From NCBI GenBank assembly GCA_053919585.1, contig CM132785.1: 64,000 nt of DNA; one strand, 5' to 3'. A program made the position numbers and the translations under genes. This document shows, piece after piece, positions 50,226 through 63,650 of this stretch. Within the stretch, counting starts at the first letter, position 1, and each line of letters starts with the position of its first letter. The notes beneath the pieces are model-generated. The model was not told where the DNA came from, did no database searches, and saw nothing but the letters and a program-made list of their open reading frames with translations. Origin of the DNA: Euprymna scolopes. Lineage: Eukaryota.

Positions 50226-53200
50226 TGTTAAAGCTCGACTTAACACAAGGAATAAATATTTACAACACAAAAGTAAAGCAGAAGAGTTATATTGAAAACA
50301 AGAAAGTATATACAATATTTACACAGTCCATTGGTATAGTCATGATACAGTCTCTGGAGAAGGTGTCGGCTGGTTGGTCGTCGACTCTCGATCTCGTGTC
50401 TCCCTGAGACTCTCGGCGCGTCTTTCTCGATTTTACGGTACCAACCATATTTATATAGTTTACACTCCACGTATGCTTATTAGGTACATCCCGCCACAAC
50501 ACCACCCGAAAGCCTTGGAGTCTATTATAGATTTTTAATGACTTCATATATGGAATGATGATTATGGAGTATTTTCGTCGTAGGTCCGATTTGTATATAT
50601 TTTCAGAATATGTCCATCCGTGTAATTGTGAATAGCGTTAACGTTTTGGATTAATGTCCACTGAGTTCGTGAACTTTCGTTTCTACCGGATCTTTTCGGT
50701 ACAGAAGTATTTTGCGGGGATTCCACTTGAACAGTATTATACATTTATTCTATGGAATATATTCTCGCATCCGGTATACTCTATTCAGAATCTTATAAGT
50801 AATATTTTTTAGTTGGCTACGGTGTATTTAGTGTATTTTTCGGCCCTTTAATTATAAAAATTAGGTCACCGATTCTCTTATCCACTATTCCTCGCTTCCA
50901 GAACGTCACACGTTTTTGTAGCACTTGAAAAATACCTTCTCTCCAGAGATAATACTTTTTCTAGATGTATGCCTAGTATTCTTTACTATACTCTGTTTCG
51001 GCAAGACTGGCAAACACTGACTTGACTTTTCTGGTGAACATTATTTCAGCTGTTGACAGGTTCTCTGGTTCGGTGTAATACTATACACTGGTAGGAACTG
51101 CTAAAGCGGCGTATCTGTTGGAACTCCAGAGGCTTTCTCAGAGCACGCTTTAAGGGGGTGGCAAATGTTGTCGTGCGCCGTTGGACTTCGGATAATACGG
51201 CGGCGTTGTGATGTGGTTAATTTGGTATAACTCACATAAATCCTTACACTCTTCAGAAGCGAATTTCGTCCCATTGTCACTCACAATACAATATGGCACA
51301 GCGAACCGAGCAAATAGTTCATGTAGAAAGGTTGTTGTGATATTGGTTGTAGGCTTCTGGCAGCGTATCACATCTGTCCATTTTGTAAACTTATCTACTA
51401 CAATTAAGTAGTAATATTCTTCTACTTGACTAGCGAAATCGATGTGTAATCTTGTCTACGGATGATCCGTCTTGGGCCATGGTTTGTGTACTATGGGCGG
51501 TGCCTTTACTGCTAACGCACACTATTTACATCGATGAATCATGTTTGCGATATTCACCTCCATGCTTTTACAATATACAACTATCCGCATTAAGCTTCTT
51601 GTTTTCTTGATCCCTGGGTTACCCATGTAAAAGTCCCGCAGTTTTCCTTTCTACAACATTTCGGAACTACTACTCTCTCACGATATATTAAAACGTTGTC
51701 ACATTCTGAATAAATACTCTGCACTTTTTGATCATTGGTTATATTTCGTTTTTTTATGTCTAAAACAAACTTATCATTTAAGCTTACTTTATATTTAATT
51801 CAGTCTAACTGCTAGTTCTCTTACAATGTTGTTCATCATGCGTTTCACCCCAAAATCTCTTCTGATAGTTGCAATAATTCGGAGTTTCCCACTTGAACCG
51901 GTACGAGTCTTGATAAACTGTTTCCATGACTTATAATTTTAGACAATATATGCTTTATGTGAAAGTTATGATTAAGAATTGTACCCCCATCTTGACAATC
52001 GATCTGCTGTATAAACGGGTATACGTTTTTTCGACCCAAAAATTGTGATCAAAGATTTATGATCCGTTTCTAGCAGAAAGTTCCTGGCGTGTATGTATCT
52101 ATAACATTTCTTTATGGCGATAATTATACTCGGACCCTCTTTTTCAGTCTGTAAATAACTTCTCTCTGTCAGAAATAGTGTTCTAGAAAAGTTTGCAATT
52201 GACTTCCTTGAAACATCTGGCGTTGTGTGCTGGATATACCGTATGAACTAGCGTTACATGCAACTAAAATATCCAGTTTTAGATTGTAATGGGTTAAAAA
52301 GAGGTTGAATGTAAGCATTTTCCTAATTTCTTCAAAGACTATCTAACACAAATGTCCATTCCCATGTCTTCTCTTGTTTCGATAGTTCATTCAGATAGAT
52401 TTTAGATCATGCATTTCGTATAAAGAACGATTGATAGTATTTAGAGCGCCTGAGAAAACTTTGTAGCTTCGTCACGTTAGTGGGCGCTCGCATGTTTCCA
52501 ATTGCAATAGACCTACCCGGATATGGTTGTCTGCCATTTTTATTGATTATGTATCCTAAATATTTAATTTCCCCTACCCTAATTCGCACTTGGCTTCTTT
52601 GAATTTAAACCCAATGTCCTGATTCTTTCTAATACTGGAATGAGATGCTTGGTTCTTGCGCGCCTTACATAGATATCGTCTAAGTAAACACAGGGAAAGT
52701 CAAAATCATTTTACATGACACCCATTGCTTGTTGAAAAATTGCAAGTGCCACTTAAATACCAAACAGGAGCGTGTTGAATTGTAATAAACTTCTGAGTGT
52801 TTATCCCTAATAACTTCGAACATTTCTTCTTCCTAGAAAATTTTAAGGTAGGCGTCCGATACTCGATTTTGGATCATATATATATCCGCCATTTAGCATG
52901 TTAAAAATCTACTCTGGACTCTGCTACGAGTAATAGTAGTCCTTAATCACCGAGTTAAAGCTTGTCGAAAAGTCAGCGTAAACTCTGATATTGGTTTGAT
53001 TTCTTTTTGATGTCCACAATCGGGGACGCCCACTTATTAGTTTCTAGTTTCGGTATAATTCCAATTTTTTCCAATCTCTCGAGTTCTTCGTAAAAGTAAA
53101 AGGAACATTAGTTATTATTTTTTTTAAATGTGCATAGACTTTTTCTTGAGCGCAAATTTTGCTTCAAACTTGTTACATCTTTCAAGACTGTGAAATTTAC

Positions 53201-54576
53201 CGGATTTTTTTATTTACTTCTCCTTTAATGCCATGTCTTGTTTGCGTGCTACTATTATTTTTCTGCAGGTTTTTTTTTTAAGATCCCGTTTAGCTTTATG
53301 GGAAGTAATACATCACCTTCGAAGTTAACTTTCTTGCCAGTTACCGTACGAATGAGTTTCGTTGGCTCCATTATCGTAGGCATATTAACAAATCCATGTT
53401 TTATGTTATTAATTGTCAACTCTGATCCTGCATCTAGAAAAAAATTGATGTTTTTTTTTAATGTTTCAGTAGTTACATTTCTTCAATTCTGTCTGATTAG
53501 ACATTGTTAGTCTAATTCGGCTACTGAATTTTTTTTTACAACATGAACTTTTGGGACAATTCTTCCTGTAACCGAAACATTTCCTATGTCTAAATAGGCA
53601 GTTTACTTCACAATGCCATTCGTTGCCACGTTTGCAATTATATGGTGGAGCATTTTGTTCATCCTCATTCTTTTTTTAATTTTTGTCTTTTTTATTATAC
53701 GCCGATTTTTTTACCTCAATTTCTGGCTGATGAATATATTGACTGTTTTTTCCTCATATAAGCAATGCCAGGTTTTTCGATTTTTCGAAATTTTTAAACT
53801 TAAGACACGCTTGCAATCCTCTGGTAAAGTCAGCAAGGTAAGGTTCAGGTCAGATTCGAGTTTAGACAAAACTCTACGTCTTGTTTCCGAACTTCTACAT
53901 TACACTATTCTCAGAGCAAAAATACAGAACTGGAAATCATCTGCCAATCTGAAGTTTTACAATGTCTATTTTCTATAGACGCATGTTAAAAATCATGATC
54001 ATCGGATTTAGACACATTCATGCATAATCATCGCTTATGCCAAAGCGACATATTTGCTGCAAACCGCTGCTTTTGCAATATAACTGTCTCAGAGAATTCC
54101 AACTCGTTTGTTTTCCTTGGCCGACTAACATCTGCCAATTTGCTATATTCCCTTGTACCTAGTTTTCTTAGTAATAGACTTACTTTTCTTGAGTTCGACT
54201 ATGTTTCACAGCCTGTTGAGAAAACCTGTTCAGAACGTATATAATACGATTCAAGCATTTTCTCTTTGTCTGGTACGTAGTTGAAAATTTCAGGTTAATT
54301 AAATATGGTGTTATTAGAATATGTAGAATTTCCTAGATTTGCATAGTTGTTGTTTAATACACCCATGGTCAACCTTTGACTTTCGAAATGCTTGCACTGC
54401 ATTTATTCGGACGTTGGCATTGTTACTTTTGGTAATCTGGCTTGAAATTTCCTTAATTTTTGGAAGGTTTAATATTTCCCGTTCTCAAATTTCACGAGTG
54501 TGAAACGTTCTGCGTGTTTTTCTCGTATTTCTACTTGTTTTCTTGAAGGTTTTTGCCGCCTCTCATCTTGTTGCAA
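50226..54576 (-). mobile_element. Ty3/Gypsy LTR retrotransposon (K02A2.6/Cer-like), decayed; 3' LTR 50226-50501
   Basis: Order on the minus strand: decayed PBS (TTGCAACAAG for TGGCGACGAG, about 54570), gag (FNYVPD..SYY.R), Cys/His knuckles (about 53550-53640), protease FFLDAGSELTI, RT (WASPIV, YLDDIY), RNase H, integrase (WPKT..RLHIDFA, VSDNGTKF, PPYYPKSNG), PPT and an LTR with TGTT..AACA ends. 5' LTR absent. Confidence 0.9.
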
Positions 54577-55019
54577 GACTAAAGCAATATGTTAATTTTC
54601 TTTTTCTTGAGAATTTTTCTGAATTATCTATCCCTTTATTAATAGGAGCAACTCTTCATGTTGATTCTCTTGACTTTCTTGCTGTGATTTGGATCATTGT
54701 GCTATCGGTCTGGAGAATTATTCCATGTTTAGATGATAATGTATATGCAACCTGGAATATACTTTTAATTTGTACAATCCACAAATATAAGGTGAACCAA
54801 AAAAATTCAACCAACTTCCGTTTTTTCTTTATTTCATATCCTGCTGTTGACATCCGTAAGTCTGTGATAATCACTTTTGATTTTCTTTTATATTTTGTGA
54901 ACAGTCTGTCGGTTTACTCATTTTTTACTCTCTATAAGTATAAATAATTTCATTTGCAACACAAGACGAGTTTGTAATAACTTTTAGAAAGTGTACATTG
55001 TTCGATCTTTCTTTTTCAC

Positions 55020-55058
<39 letters not shown>

Positions 55059-57049
55059 CTGAGCTAAAACGTTTTTATCTTAAATTATACGCAAGAAAGC
55101 AGAATGTATAACATCTGTGTAGAATGTATTAATTAAAGAAACCCGGCAGCTGATAAGAAATCCTGCAAAATTAAGAAATAATTCATTCACATACTTTTCA
55201 CAAAGGAATATATAAATTACTTAACCCTCGTGTAGTTGCCCGCATATCCATTAATGAGTTTATTAACAAATATCGATGTGATCATTTCAAGTAGAAACTG
55301 TAGATTCTCAATAGCAATCTTAGTGAAAGAAAAGCTCAAAATTATGAGTATATAGAATAGGTCGTTCTTTCTTTTTTTTTTGTCCTTTAAGTTTTTCTGT
55401 CTTGTGACTTTCTGGTTTACTAATTTTCTTTACTTATATAAAATATTATCTTCATCTGCCTGACTAGGTTTGTGTTAGAGTTCGTTCACTATAATTTCTG
55501 AAAATGCTATGCTGGGATTGAAAAAAAAAACATCACACAAATATAATTTAGATGCCATGGAGTGTTCTGAGATAAAATTACTTACTAATGTATAGACCTT
55601 TATACAACCTATCATCACAAGTGTTTATAGGAAGTTCTTCACTACACAACAAAGAGGTTCCATCGTATAAATACAACAGTAGGCTCTTTGTTATGACAAT
55701 CGCTCATTGAAAAAAGGAATGTTTTTTTTTGTATTGAGGACAATTGATCTTTAACACTTTTACTTTATATTTTAAATTAATACCAGACATTATATTAAAA
55801 ATGTAAATAAACCACTCTAGTTCTTTATAGTGCCATGCAGACCACAATGCAGTATGGAAAAAGTAATACAGGGAGGTATGCAACTCACTCCGCCGCCGAT
55901 GATGTCTAAATTAGCCAATCAATATGTTTAATATTAAAATGGATGATTTCACATATATCAATGAAAATAACTGAAACTGTAGAAAAGTCGTTGATCTTCA
56001 TTTAATCATGGGAAACCTCCAGTCACTTTGCCATATTTTATATCAATAAATTCGATGAATATCTGGTTTCTTTTAACGTACTTTATATTTAAAAAATGTG
56101 ATTCTAGTTTGTTGTCGTTGCTTGCATTCAGAATTTTGCAGCTTTTGTTTTTTTTAGTTTACTATTACATTTACATACAGTGTTGTAATCATTTGTATTA
56201 ACGTTGCGTATCCTTTCCCATTTCAGTTTAATATGTGGTTCACTGAAGTTTACCTACGTAAAAACCAATCACGCACGGAGTACCTCTCAAAGTTAAAAAT
56301 GTTTGGAGAGCATAGGGTTAGACATGTACATTATATGCTAACAAAGCAATTAACGAAGTTTAAGTATATGTAGTCTAGGCTTGAACAGTTATTAATACAG
56401 CACACTGAATGATTTCGATCGTCATAGAATATTAGCATAGGAATATCCAGTGTCCGTTTTTTTTTTTTTTTTTTTTAGCTGGCTGAAATAGTTTGGAAAC
56501 GATTGTAACTGATGAATTTTCAATTAGAAAATGAATATTACAATCTAGTTTAAAATTTTCAATGTGTTTATTGTCAAATTGTAACAGCGTATTCTTTCCA
56601 GCACTATATTATGATATTCTGTTTGTTTCTTGCAAAGCCTTACTTGCGGATTAGTGAGCCATAGTCCAAATACAATTTTTGAACATCAAACTGAAAAAAA
56701 GCAGAGTTCCTGGAATCTCACTTTTAAAAGACAACCATGTAGAAAATAAGAGTGATCTTACTTTGATGGAACCTTCATTTGCAAATATCTACATAATATT
56801 GTCTCATTGGTGTAATGATGTGGGGGAAAAGAACTCTAACTGTATACGTCCTTCCCATGACGAAAATTGGTAGCAAGACTTTACGTAAAATACATTCGAT
56901 AGAAACGGTGCAAATAATACACATTGTTTGCCAATAAATGCTGGATCGAAGGAGTAAATAATAGTGTCTCTTAGTGGGGGAGTTTATAATTTGTGTTGCA
57001 TACGTAGCACAATGTACTATTTTGTATATAATAACTGACTGACAAGATA

Positions 57050-57190
57050 CTATTCTTTTTCATTGTTTTGACTCTCGAGTATATATCCGACACAGTCAGA
57101 CACAGGTAATCAATTGAGAACCACACCAGTATACCTGCAAACATAAGATATTAACTGATAGATACTCGAGTCAATATAATGGAAAGAGTA
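57050..57190. repeat. Imperfect ~30-bp inverted repeat (small MITE or hairpin)
   Basis: TATTCTTTTTCATTGTTTTGACTCTCGAGTAT versus the reverse complement of ATACTCGAGTCAATATAATGGAAAGAGTA, with an ~80-nt spacer. Confidence 0.6.
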
Positions 57191-57841
57191 TTCCCTAACA
57201 CTTTTTTAATAATTTATCTCATTTGGGGCAGTTCTTTATCTAAAATACAATTGACTCTACTTCATCAGTATTTCTTTTCCGTGTAATATTAAAAAAGTCG
57301 GCTAGTATCGATCATCATAGATTAATTTCACTCTATTGGGATGTTTTTCTTTGGTACAAGTCCGGTTCCAACTGATGTGAAACAAGCTGGAAATAAACCT
57401 ACGTGCTCTCCTCAAGCACACGTATAAAATATCACATGTTTTCATATTTTGTCATAATTTATATTTAAAAAACATTAGCCTAGTTCAGAAGGAAACTTAC
57501 ATTTCATAATCAGAAGAAAGTCATCTGATTTACGAATGAGTGACAACATGTAAGAGTCATTCATTCGCTAGGTACCTCTTCCTGCACAAATGTTTAGTAA
57601 TTAGTAGTAAGCCACATTTTAAAAGCGCGGTAAAACGGATATTTATTTTTATTTTTTTAGAAAAATACATTTATTTTCCTTCCTTCGTGATTCTAAAAGG
57701 TGGATTATTACTAATTACTACATATTTGCGCATGAACAGGCTCCTATCCACTGGGCTGGACAAATTCACCGTCGTTGACAAACTGTTACAAACGATACTA
57801 TGATAAGTAAGGAAAAAACATACTGTTTTTTGTTCTTAATC

Positions 57842-57870
57842 CTGATGAAGGCTTTCTTAAAAGCCGAAAA
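57842..57870 (+). ncRNA. Degenerate hammerhead core of a Penelope terminal repeat
   Basis: CTGATGA-A-GGCTTT(ctta)AAAGCC-GAAA, followed by an AT-rich tail with AATAAA ending at (TA)n. Stems I and III are not evident. Confidence 0.45.
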
Positions 57871-57992
57871 TTTGTACTTTTTAAGTAAATGAATGTTTAT
57901 TTAAAAAAATAAAAATTTGCACGTGGTGAGTTTTTATCTGTTATGTTTTGAATTTGCTTTTCCCCGTGGTTCTAGAAAGTAGATTACTACCA

Positions 57993-58065
<73 letters not shown>

Positions 58066-58869
58066 ATAGAGAGAGGGCGAGAGAAATATGGATTGCCAGT
58101 CAAAATTTAAAAAAAAACAACATAAAGGCGTGCTATTTCTATTTCCTGAAATTAATTTGATTTTCGTCGTGTAATTTGTTAGTTTAGTTTCTGTCTCCTT
58201 TTAACATTTACGTTCTGAAAGTATATTTTCTCGCCTATCGTTAACTGTGTCATCGTTCTTTATTTTCAATACAACAAATGTAATTAAAAGCAATTGTTTC
58301 GATATTGTAAAAATACTTTTTTATTGATTTTCCTTTAAATTGTTAAGCACGAGTTACAATAAACGCTCCTAAGATACGTAAATGTTCAATTGCACTGCAT
58401 TCAGTTGAGCATGGAAGTGAGGTTGTTCGCATGTTTAAGAACACTACAACACATGTGTCCGCTATAGTTTTAGAATTTAACAAGGTCTTCCCTTGTCTTG
58501 GTGATTCAGCAATTTACATTTAAGCTTTATGGTTTATCTTTTAACAGATCAATATAATACAAAGTAGGTGTTTTATAGTCCACGATAATCCCTTTGTTAT
58601 AGTAATTATGCATTCCCCTTCAAAAATATCTAAATATTTAAACATCTAAGTTCACTTCAGTTTTTGACATTCATGCACATCACCATCGTCCTCTTGAGAA
58701 AGCCATAGCGTCTCTTTATGTAGGACAAAGTACACATGCTAGATAATATTTACTATACACATTACAAAGTAGTGAAATGCATCGATTTAGTCAGACATTA
58801 GCAGGACCTTATCTGTAAATTTAATTCCTCTTACTCGCTGTTTACTCTCGAACCTAGTACTACACTATT

Positions 58870-59680
58870 TTTAATCTGTATCGGAATGGGGGTAAACATG
58901 AATGGGCACATTCAATGCTGCCAAAACTAAACTTATTTCCTTCAATAATTACAAGAAACCTTCTATACCACTCATAGCAATGGTCAATGCACTTTATCTG
59001 AAAGGACATATTTTTAACTCCTCGGTCTAACGTTCACAGGAAACATGATTTGGAACAATTACATTGAGGGTATTGCCGAGGACCGCTTTGAAGAATGTAG
59101 GTTCTCTCTACCGTGCTAGAAAGCTACTAACGGCCGAAATTATCATGAACCATTCGACTATGTATGGAGTATTGGTGCCATATTTGGGCTGGTGCATCTG
59201 CTACTAGTTTGTCGCTCCTAGAAAAGGTTCAAAAGAGAGTCGCAACCTGATAGGTCCTGAACTGTCATCTAAGCTTCATCCTCTGTCCCATCGACGAAGT
59301 GTTGCATCCCTCTACCTGTTCTATAAGTTTTTTAACGGTGAATCCTCTGAACTGCAAGCACTTGTGTCTCCTCAGCATAAATCCCCTCGATAAATCCGAC
59401 AAACAGCTAAATCTCACCCCTTCACAGTAGAGATCCATAGATGTAAGAGATCCTTCTACTCCAGTATTTTCTTCGCCAGAACCGCTAGACTTGTGAATTC
59501 CCTTCCGGCTCCCTTCTTCTTCAACTGTACTGACATGCAAGAGTTCAAGTGTAACGTGCACCGGCAGCTTGTCTTCCCAACTCCCTACATAGTACCCTTT
59601 TAGCTTATATCCCTGACAGTAGCGCCTACATCAGAGTGGCAACGCTCATTGTTTGCGGTGAAAATGTAATAAAAAGAAAA
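58870..59680 (+). mobile_element. CR1/L2-group LINE 3' fragment (second subfamily)
   Basis: FNAAKTKLISFN, CMEYWCHIWAGAS, PLSHRRSVASLYLFYKFFNG and HPFTV; 3' UTR homologous to the reverse complement of 33425-33510; A-rich tail. Confidence 0.9.
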
Positions 59681-61559
59681 ATGCTGTCCACATTTGAGTT
59701 GATTATAATATTTATTTTTAGATTATATAAACACTTACACTTCTGAAAAAAAGTATTTCGTGTGTATGCTTGTATACATTTAATATAAAATTAACTAATT
59801 GCAAATACTAACACGAAATAATTTCTGTACGATGTTAACTGCAGATATTCAATGTATCTTAAGGTCGTAATAATTTTGATAATCGAGCTGGTGCTAAGAT
59901 TTATTATCCGTACAATATTCGCTGACTAAAATTGTTTTATTTTTAATTTTAAATTAAAGTTGTAATTCTTTCTCTCTCTCTAGAACACCACCGTTTAATG
60001 AACTGGATTTTTCTGACGTTAAAAAAAAACATCGTCTCTAACATTTTCTCGTGTATATGGAAGTTGATTATATTTAAGGAATCATGAAATATAACGCTTG
60101 GGTGAGTATAAATTTGAATGATTTATTTGGAGATATGGGATATTTTTTATGTAAATGGAAAAGTATTATAGTGAGCTAATGAAAATGAGTACACATTTTT
60201 AAGTAAATACTCTTTTCATTATATTTCCCGAATATAACGTTAATATATCCAAGTAATGTGCAAACAAAAACGGAAATCGCTTCTAAGGTTTTGCTTATCT
60301 GCCAATTATCTCTTTGTAAATAATTCATATTTTCTATATAGGATTCTTATTTCTTATTATAGTATTAAATTGTTTTAATAACTATGCCATTAGATTATAC
60401 ATGAAAACGTCTATTGCCTATGTCTAAGTACTAGATTAATCAGAAATGTGATAGTATATATTTTCTAAAATCATATGAAAAATACTTTTCTATGTAAACA
60501 GCACACTAAAAATGCCTCCGACAAATAAATATAATAAAAATGACACCCAACTAAGAATGGATCATAAGTGTTATTTGAGCTGGTAATATTTGTTGCTCTA
60601 AATGCAAGTGAAATACGAATGACTCTTTCATAGTTTCTATAAACCTATTTTCATTAACCGCCTACATCGCCCCTTATTCATAAGTGCTGAATTAAGAAAA
60701 CCAAGCTTTCTATTCATGCCGTCGTCATTCAACTGCCATTCTCTTTTTCTGCTTTGTTTTCATCCCATGATTTCGGTTCATACAATTCCATCCTGGAACA
60801 TCCCAATACTATAAATTTTAAAAACCACTCTCTAATAGAATCCAACTTATTAAAGTCTAACAGTATTATATACACGTGCGTGTTTGTTGCAGTATGTATA
60901 GGTGCTAATGCACTTACTAATCCGCGCTTTTTTTAAAATCGTATTTCCCAGTTTAATTAAAATTTTATGTGTTTTATTCAATTGTAAGGTTAAAGTACAG
61001 AATAGGTACTACCCGCCTTCCTCTCTGCATTTTAAGGATGGCTTTTAAAATAATAACGTTATTATTTTTGCACGAATCGATAAGTGCTTGAGTACCTATG
61101 TACAGAAAATACAAAGATTACCACCTCGGGTCACGTAAGATCACCAAGATAAGCGGTATTGGACCTAGTCAATATAAAAATGTGACTATTTTATAAACCG
61201 AGTCATTTAATGTATTCTGAAGTTTGAAAGAATATGGATGCAGTTCAACCATTCTTACCGAAGGCATGCTGTATAAAATAGTGCAACATTTTTACAACTT
61301 TGCAGTGCAGAGGGTTCGTTAAATTGTCATCTATATGCATAATGTTTTGAGTGCATGTCTTATTCTACGGCAGCATTTCCGTGGCTGATATTAGCTGAAA
61401 TACGAAATTCAGAACGTGTATTTTTAGAAAGCGTAGCAATGCATCGATATGTAAACATCTTCTATTCAACAGTGTGAGATAATTTACTTTATATTCTGAG
61501 GATGATTGAATCGTCCCTATTGACAGAACGCTTTAGGACAGGAACTGTAACAACGTCTA

Positions 61560-61800
61560 ATATTAAGACAGCATATTGATTTTAAACCACGCTTCAACTA
61601 GTCCAAATTCATCCCCTAATGTCAAAACCCACCCACGACTCATGGGAAAGGAGCGCATCACATGTCGCTGCAATCGGAGGGTGAATTGACAGTACAAAGT
61701 CAATATGTCAGTCCGATCATATCTTCCCTGGACAACCGGGAATAACAAGCGAGATATATTCTAGTAGGGAAACCGATAAATATATTAAACTCTGTGCGAA
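61560..61800 (+). mobile_element. Possible APE endonuclease remnant of an L1/Tx1-like LINE
   Basis: SWERS..(R)ID..QSDH..KLNS-like motif spacing across frameshifts. Weak. Confidence 0.25.
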
Positions 61801-61928
61801 ATAAGACCTACCAAATACAAGGGCAACGCGTTTTCTGACATGAAATATTGAGACTGCATATTTTTTTTGTATGATACTTACACAGCAACTCTCTGGCGAA
61901 TAGAAAATATCTAATTCAGACAAAACAT

Positions 61929-62371
61929 TATCTATATAAAAAACTCACCTGTCCGTTTAAATGTGTGGGTGTGTATATAGTTATATGTCTGCCTAAAACT
62001 TGGAGCAAAGGCGACAGATATTCAGAAAATCAATATCATTTTGAAGCTCAACACTTTCATACGATAAATATCAGAAAGATTGGCTAAATCATAAATTCCC
62101 TCACGCGCAATTGAAAGCTATCTACAGGGAGAAGTCGCTTTTTGTTTGTTTGCCGATATTTTCGAAAATTATCCCCAATTTAGATATACTAGCCTTAATT
62201 AAAACCTTCGCCATTTTGGGTTTGGCGAAGGACGCAACGGAAAATACGTAACGTTTTTTCACGTTCTTTTCTCCTTCGTGGTACGAGTTCGAGTCTGCCT
62301 GACTACTGATTTGTTTTTGATCAACGCACACCTCAAAACACCCAGACAACGCTGGGTATCCAGGCTAGTAT
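61929..62371 (-). mobile_element. Helentron/HINE-like repeat, reverse orientation
   Basis: Reverse complement starts TACTAGCCTGGATACCCAGCGTTGTCTGGGTGTTTTGAGGTGTGCGTTGA, shares CTCGAAC.CGTA..CGAAGGAG with 1079-1100 and ends TTTTATATAGAT. Confidence 0.75.
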
Positions 62372-62721
62372 ATGCTAAATTAAAGATACGTTCATAATTT
62401 TTAATGGTAGTAGTTATTAGCGTATAAATGATATCAGTATATATGAAACGATTTAAGAGCCTTTTACATTTGCATAATTTATAAAAAGTTGAACCTTCGA
62501 GCTTAGATACCTACCCCTCTTCTTTCTCCTATTTCTGGATTCATGTACAAACAAGTGATCCTTTAGGTTTAGTGCATAACACGCGATATAACATTTAAAT
62601 ATTTTGGGAAAGAACGTTTAGCGACCAATGACTTTGTTTGTCATTAAAGTGCTTTTAATAAATTTTCTTCACTGAGGAAGATTTAGACCCCGATCGCAAC
62701 TAAAATGTAGGCTACTAAAAA

Positions 62722-63162
62722 CCGTGTCGAAACCCGCGCTGTTGCACGGAAATAATAGAAAAAATGCTATATATTAAGTGTTTACTCAACTGTGCGTTTA
62801 GTTATACACATCCTAGGAAACACGAAACTCTTAGAAAAGAGACTAATTGTACAGAATAAGTATTTATGTTGTGAGGGCATTACACTGTTGTCACAAAAAA
62901 GAAAAAAAATATACTTTTTTATAACTATTGCACCTACTATTATACTCTGTTCAAGAAAATATTAACATTTTTTGAAAAAGCGTGATGCTTTTCTATAAAT
63001 GCTTGCCATATTCTCAAACTTCAAATTGTATGTTTGAGGAATGTTTGCTGTAAAGATATCACTGACAGAAGCAAGACTCACAAGGTCCAGGGACCTTTAG
63101 ACTTGGAGCACCATAATACGCTAGAGTCTTTGTTAGACTCCCCAGCGCGGGTTTCGACACGG
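62722..63162. mobile_element. Non-autonomous element bounded by a perfect 20-bp inverted repeat
   Basis: CCGTGTCGAAACCCGCGCTG (62722-62741) and CAGCGCGGGTTTCGACACGG (63143-63162). Adjacent hairpin GAGTCT-TTGTT-AGACTC at 63124-63140. No TSD. Confidence 0.7.
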
Positions 63163-63394
63163 CAATACGCTCGTTTTTACTGTTGAAAGTGATATGATCG
63201 GTATCGATTTTTAATGCGCCTCACTCATAATAGTGTTTTTCTTTTTACAAGAATGAGAGGGATCATTATTGCTTGCATAAGATCTGCAGTACCTATCTAT
63301 ATAACGAAGCACATAAACTTATAAAATATATTTGTTCTAGTACTGGGGAATATATAAATGCACCTAAGGAAATGAGAATCATCGAAATAAAGTT

Positions 63395-63650
63395 TGCACA
63401 CGGATAGTAAACGCGCAAGAGGAAAAGGATGCGAAGAAAAGCAAACCTCTTATCGATTCGACCACCGCGGTTTTGGCGTCACGGGCGTTGGAAATGACCT
63501 TTTATGCGACGTTTCCGCTGTTGCCCTGTTGTGTGTAAGAGAGTGTGCTGAGCAAATAAAGACCTTAAAAATGGAGTAAAACAACTCAAAATAGCAGCCA
63601 GTACTCGTGCGAACGCAAAAGATAAATCTGAGGAAGGCGTCCAACGTAAA
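63395..63650. promoter_or_regulatory. CpG-rich unique island, candidate promoter or 5' exon
   Basis: Locally raised GC and dense CpG (CGCGC, CCGCGG, GGCGTCACGGGCG) in an otherwise CpG-poor background; no TE motif recognised. Confidence 0.25.

Noticed and set aside
53238-54947. Hydrophobic plus-strand ORFs as membrane proteins
   Set aside because: Antisense shadows of the A-rich Gypsy gag/protease region or of adjacent A-rich sequence.
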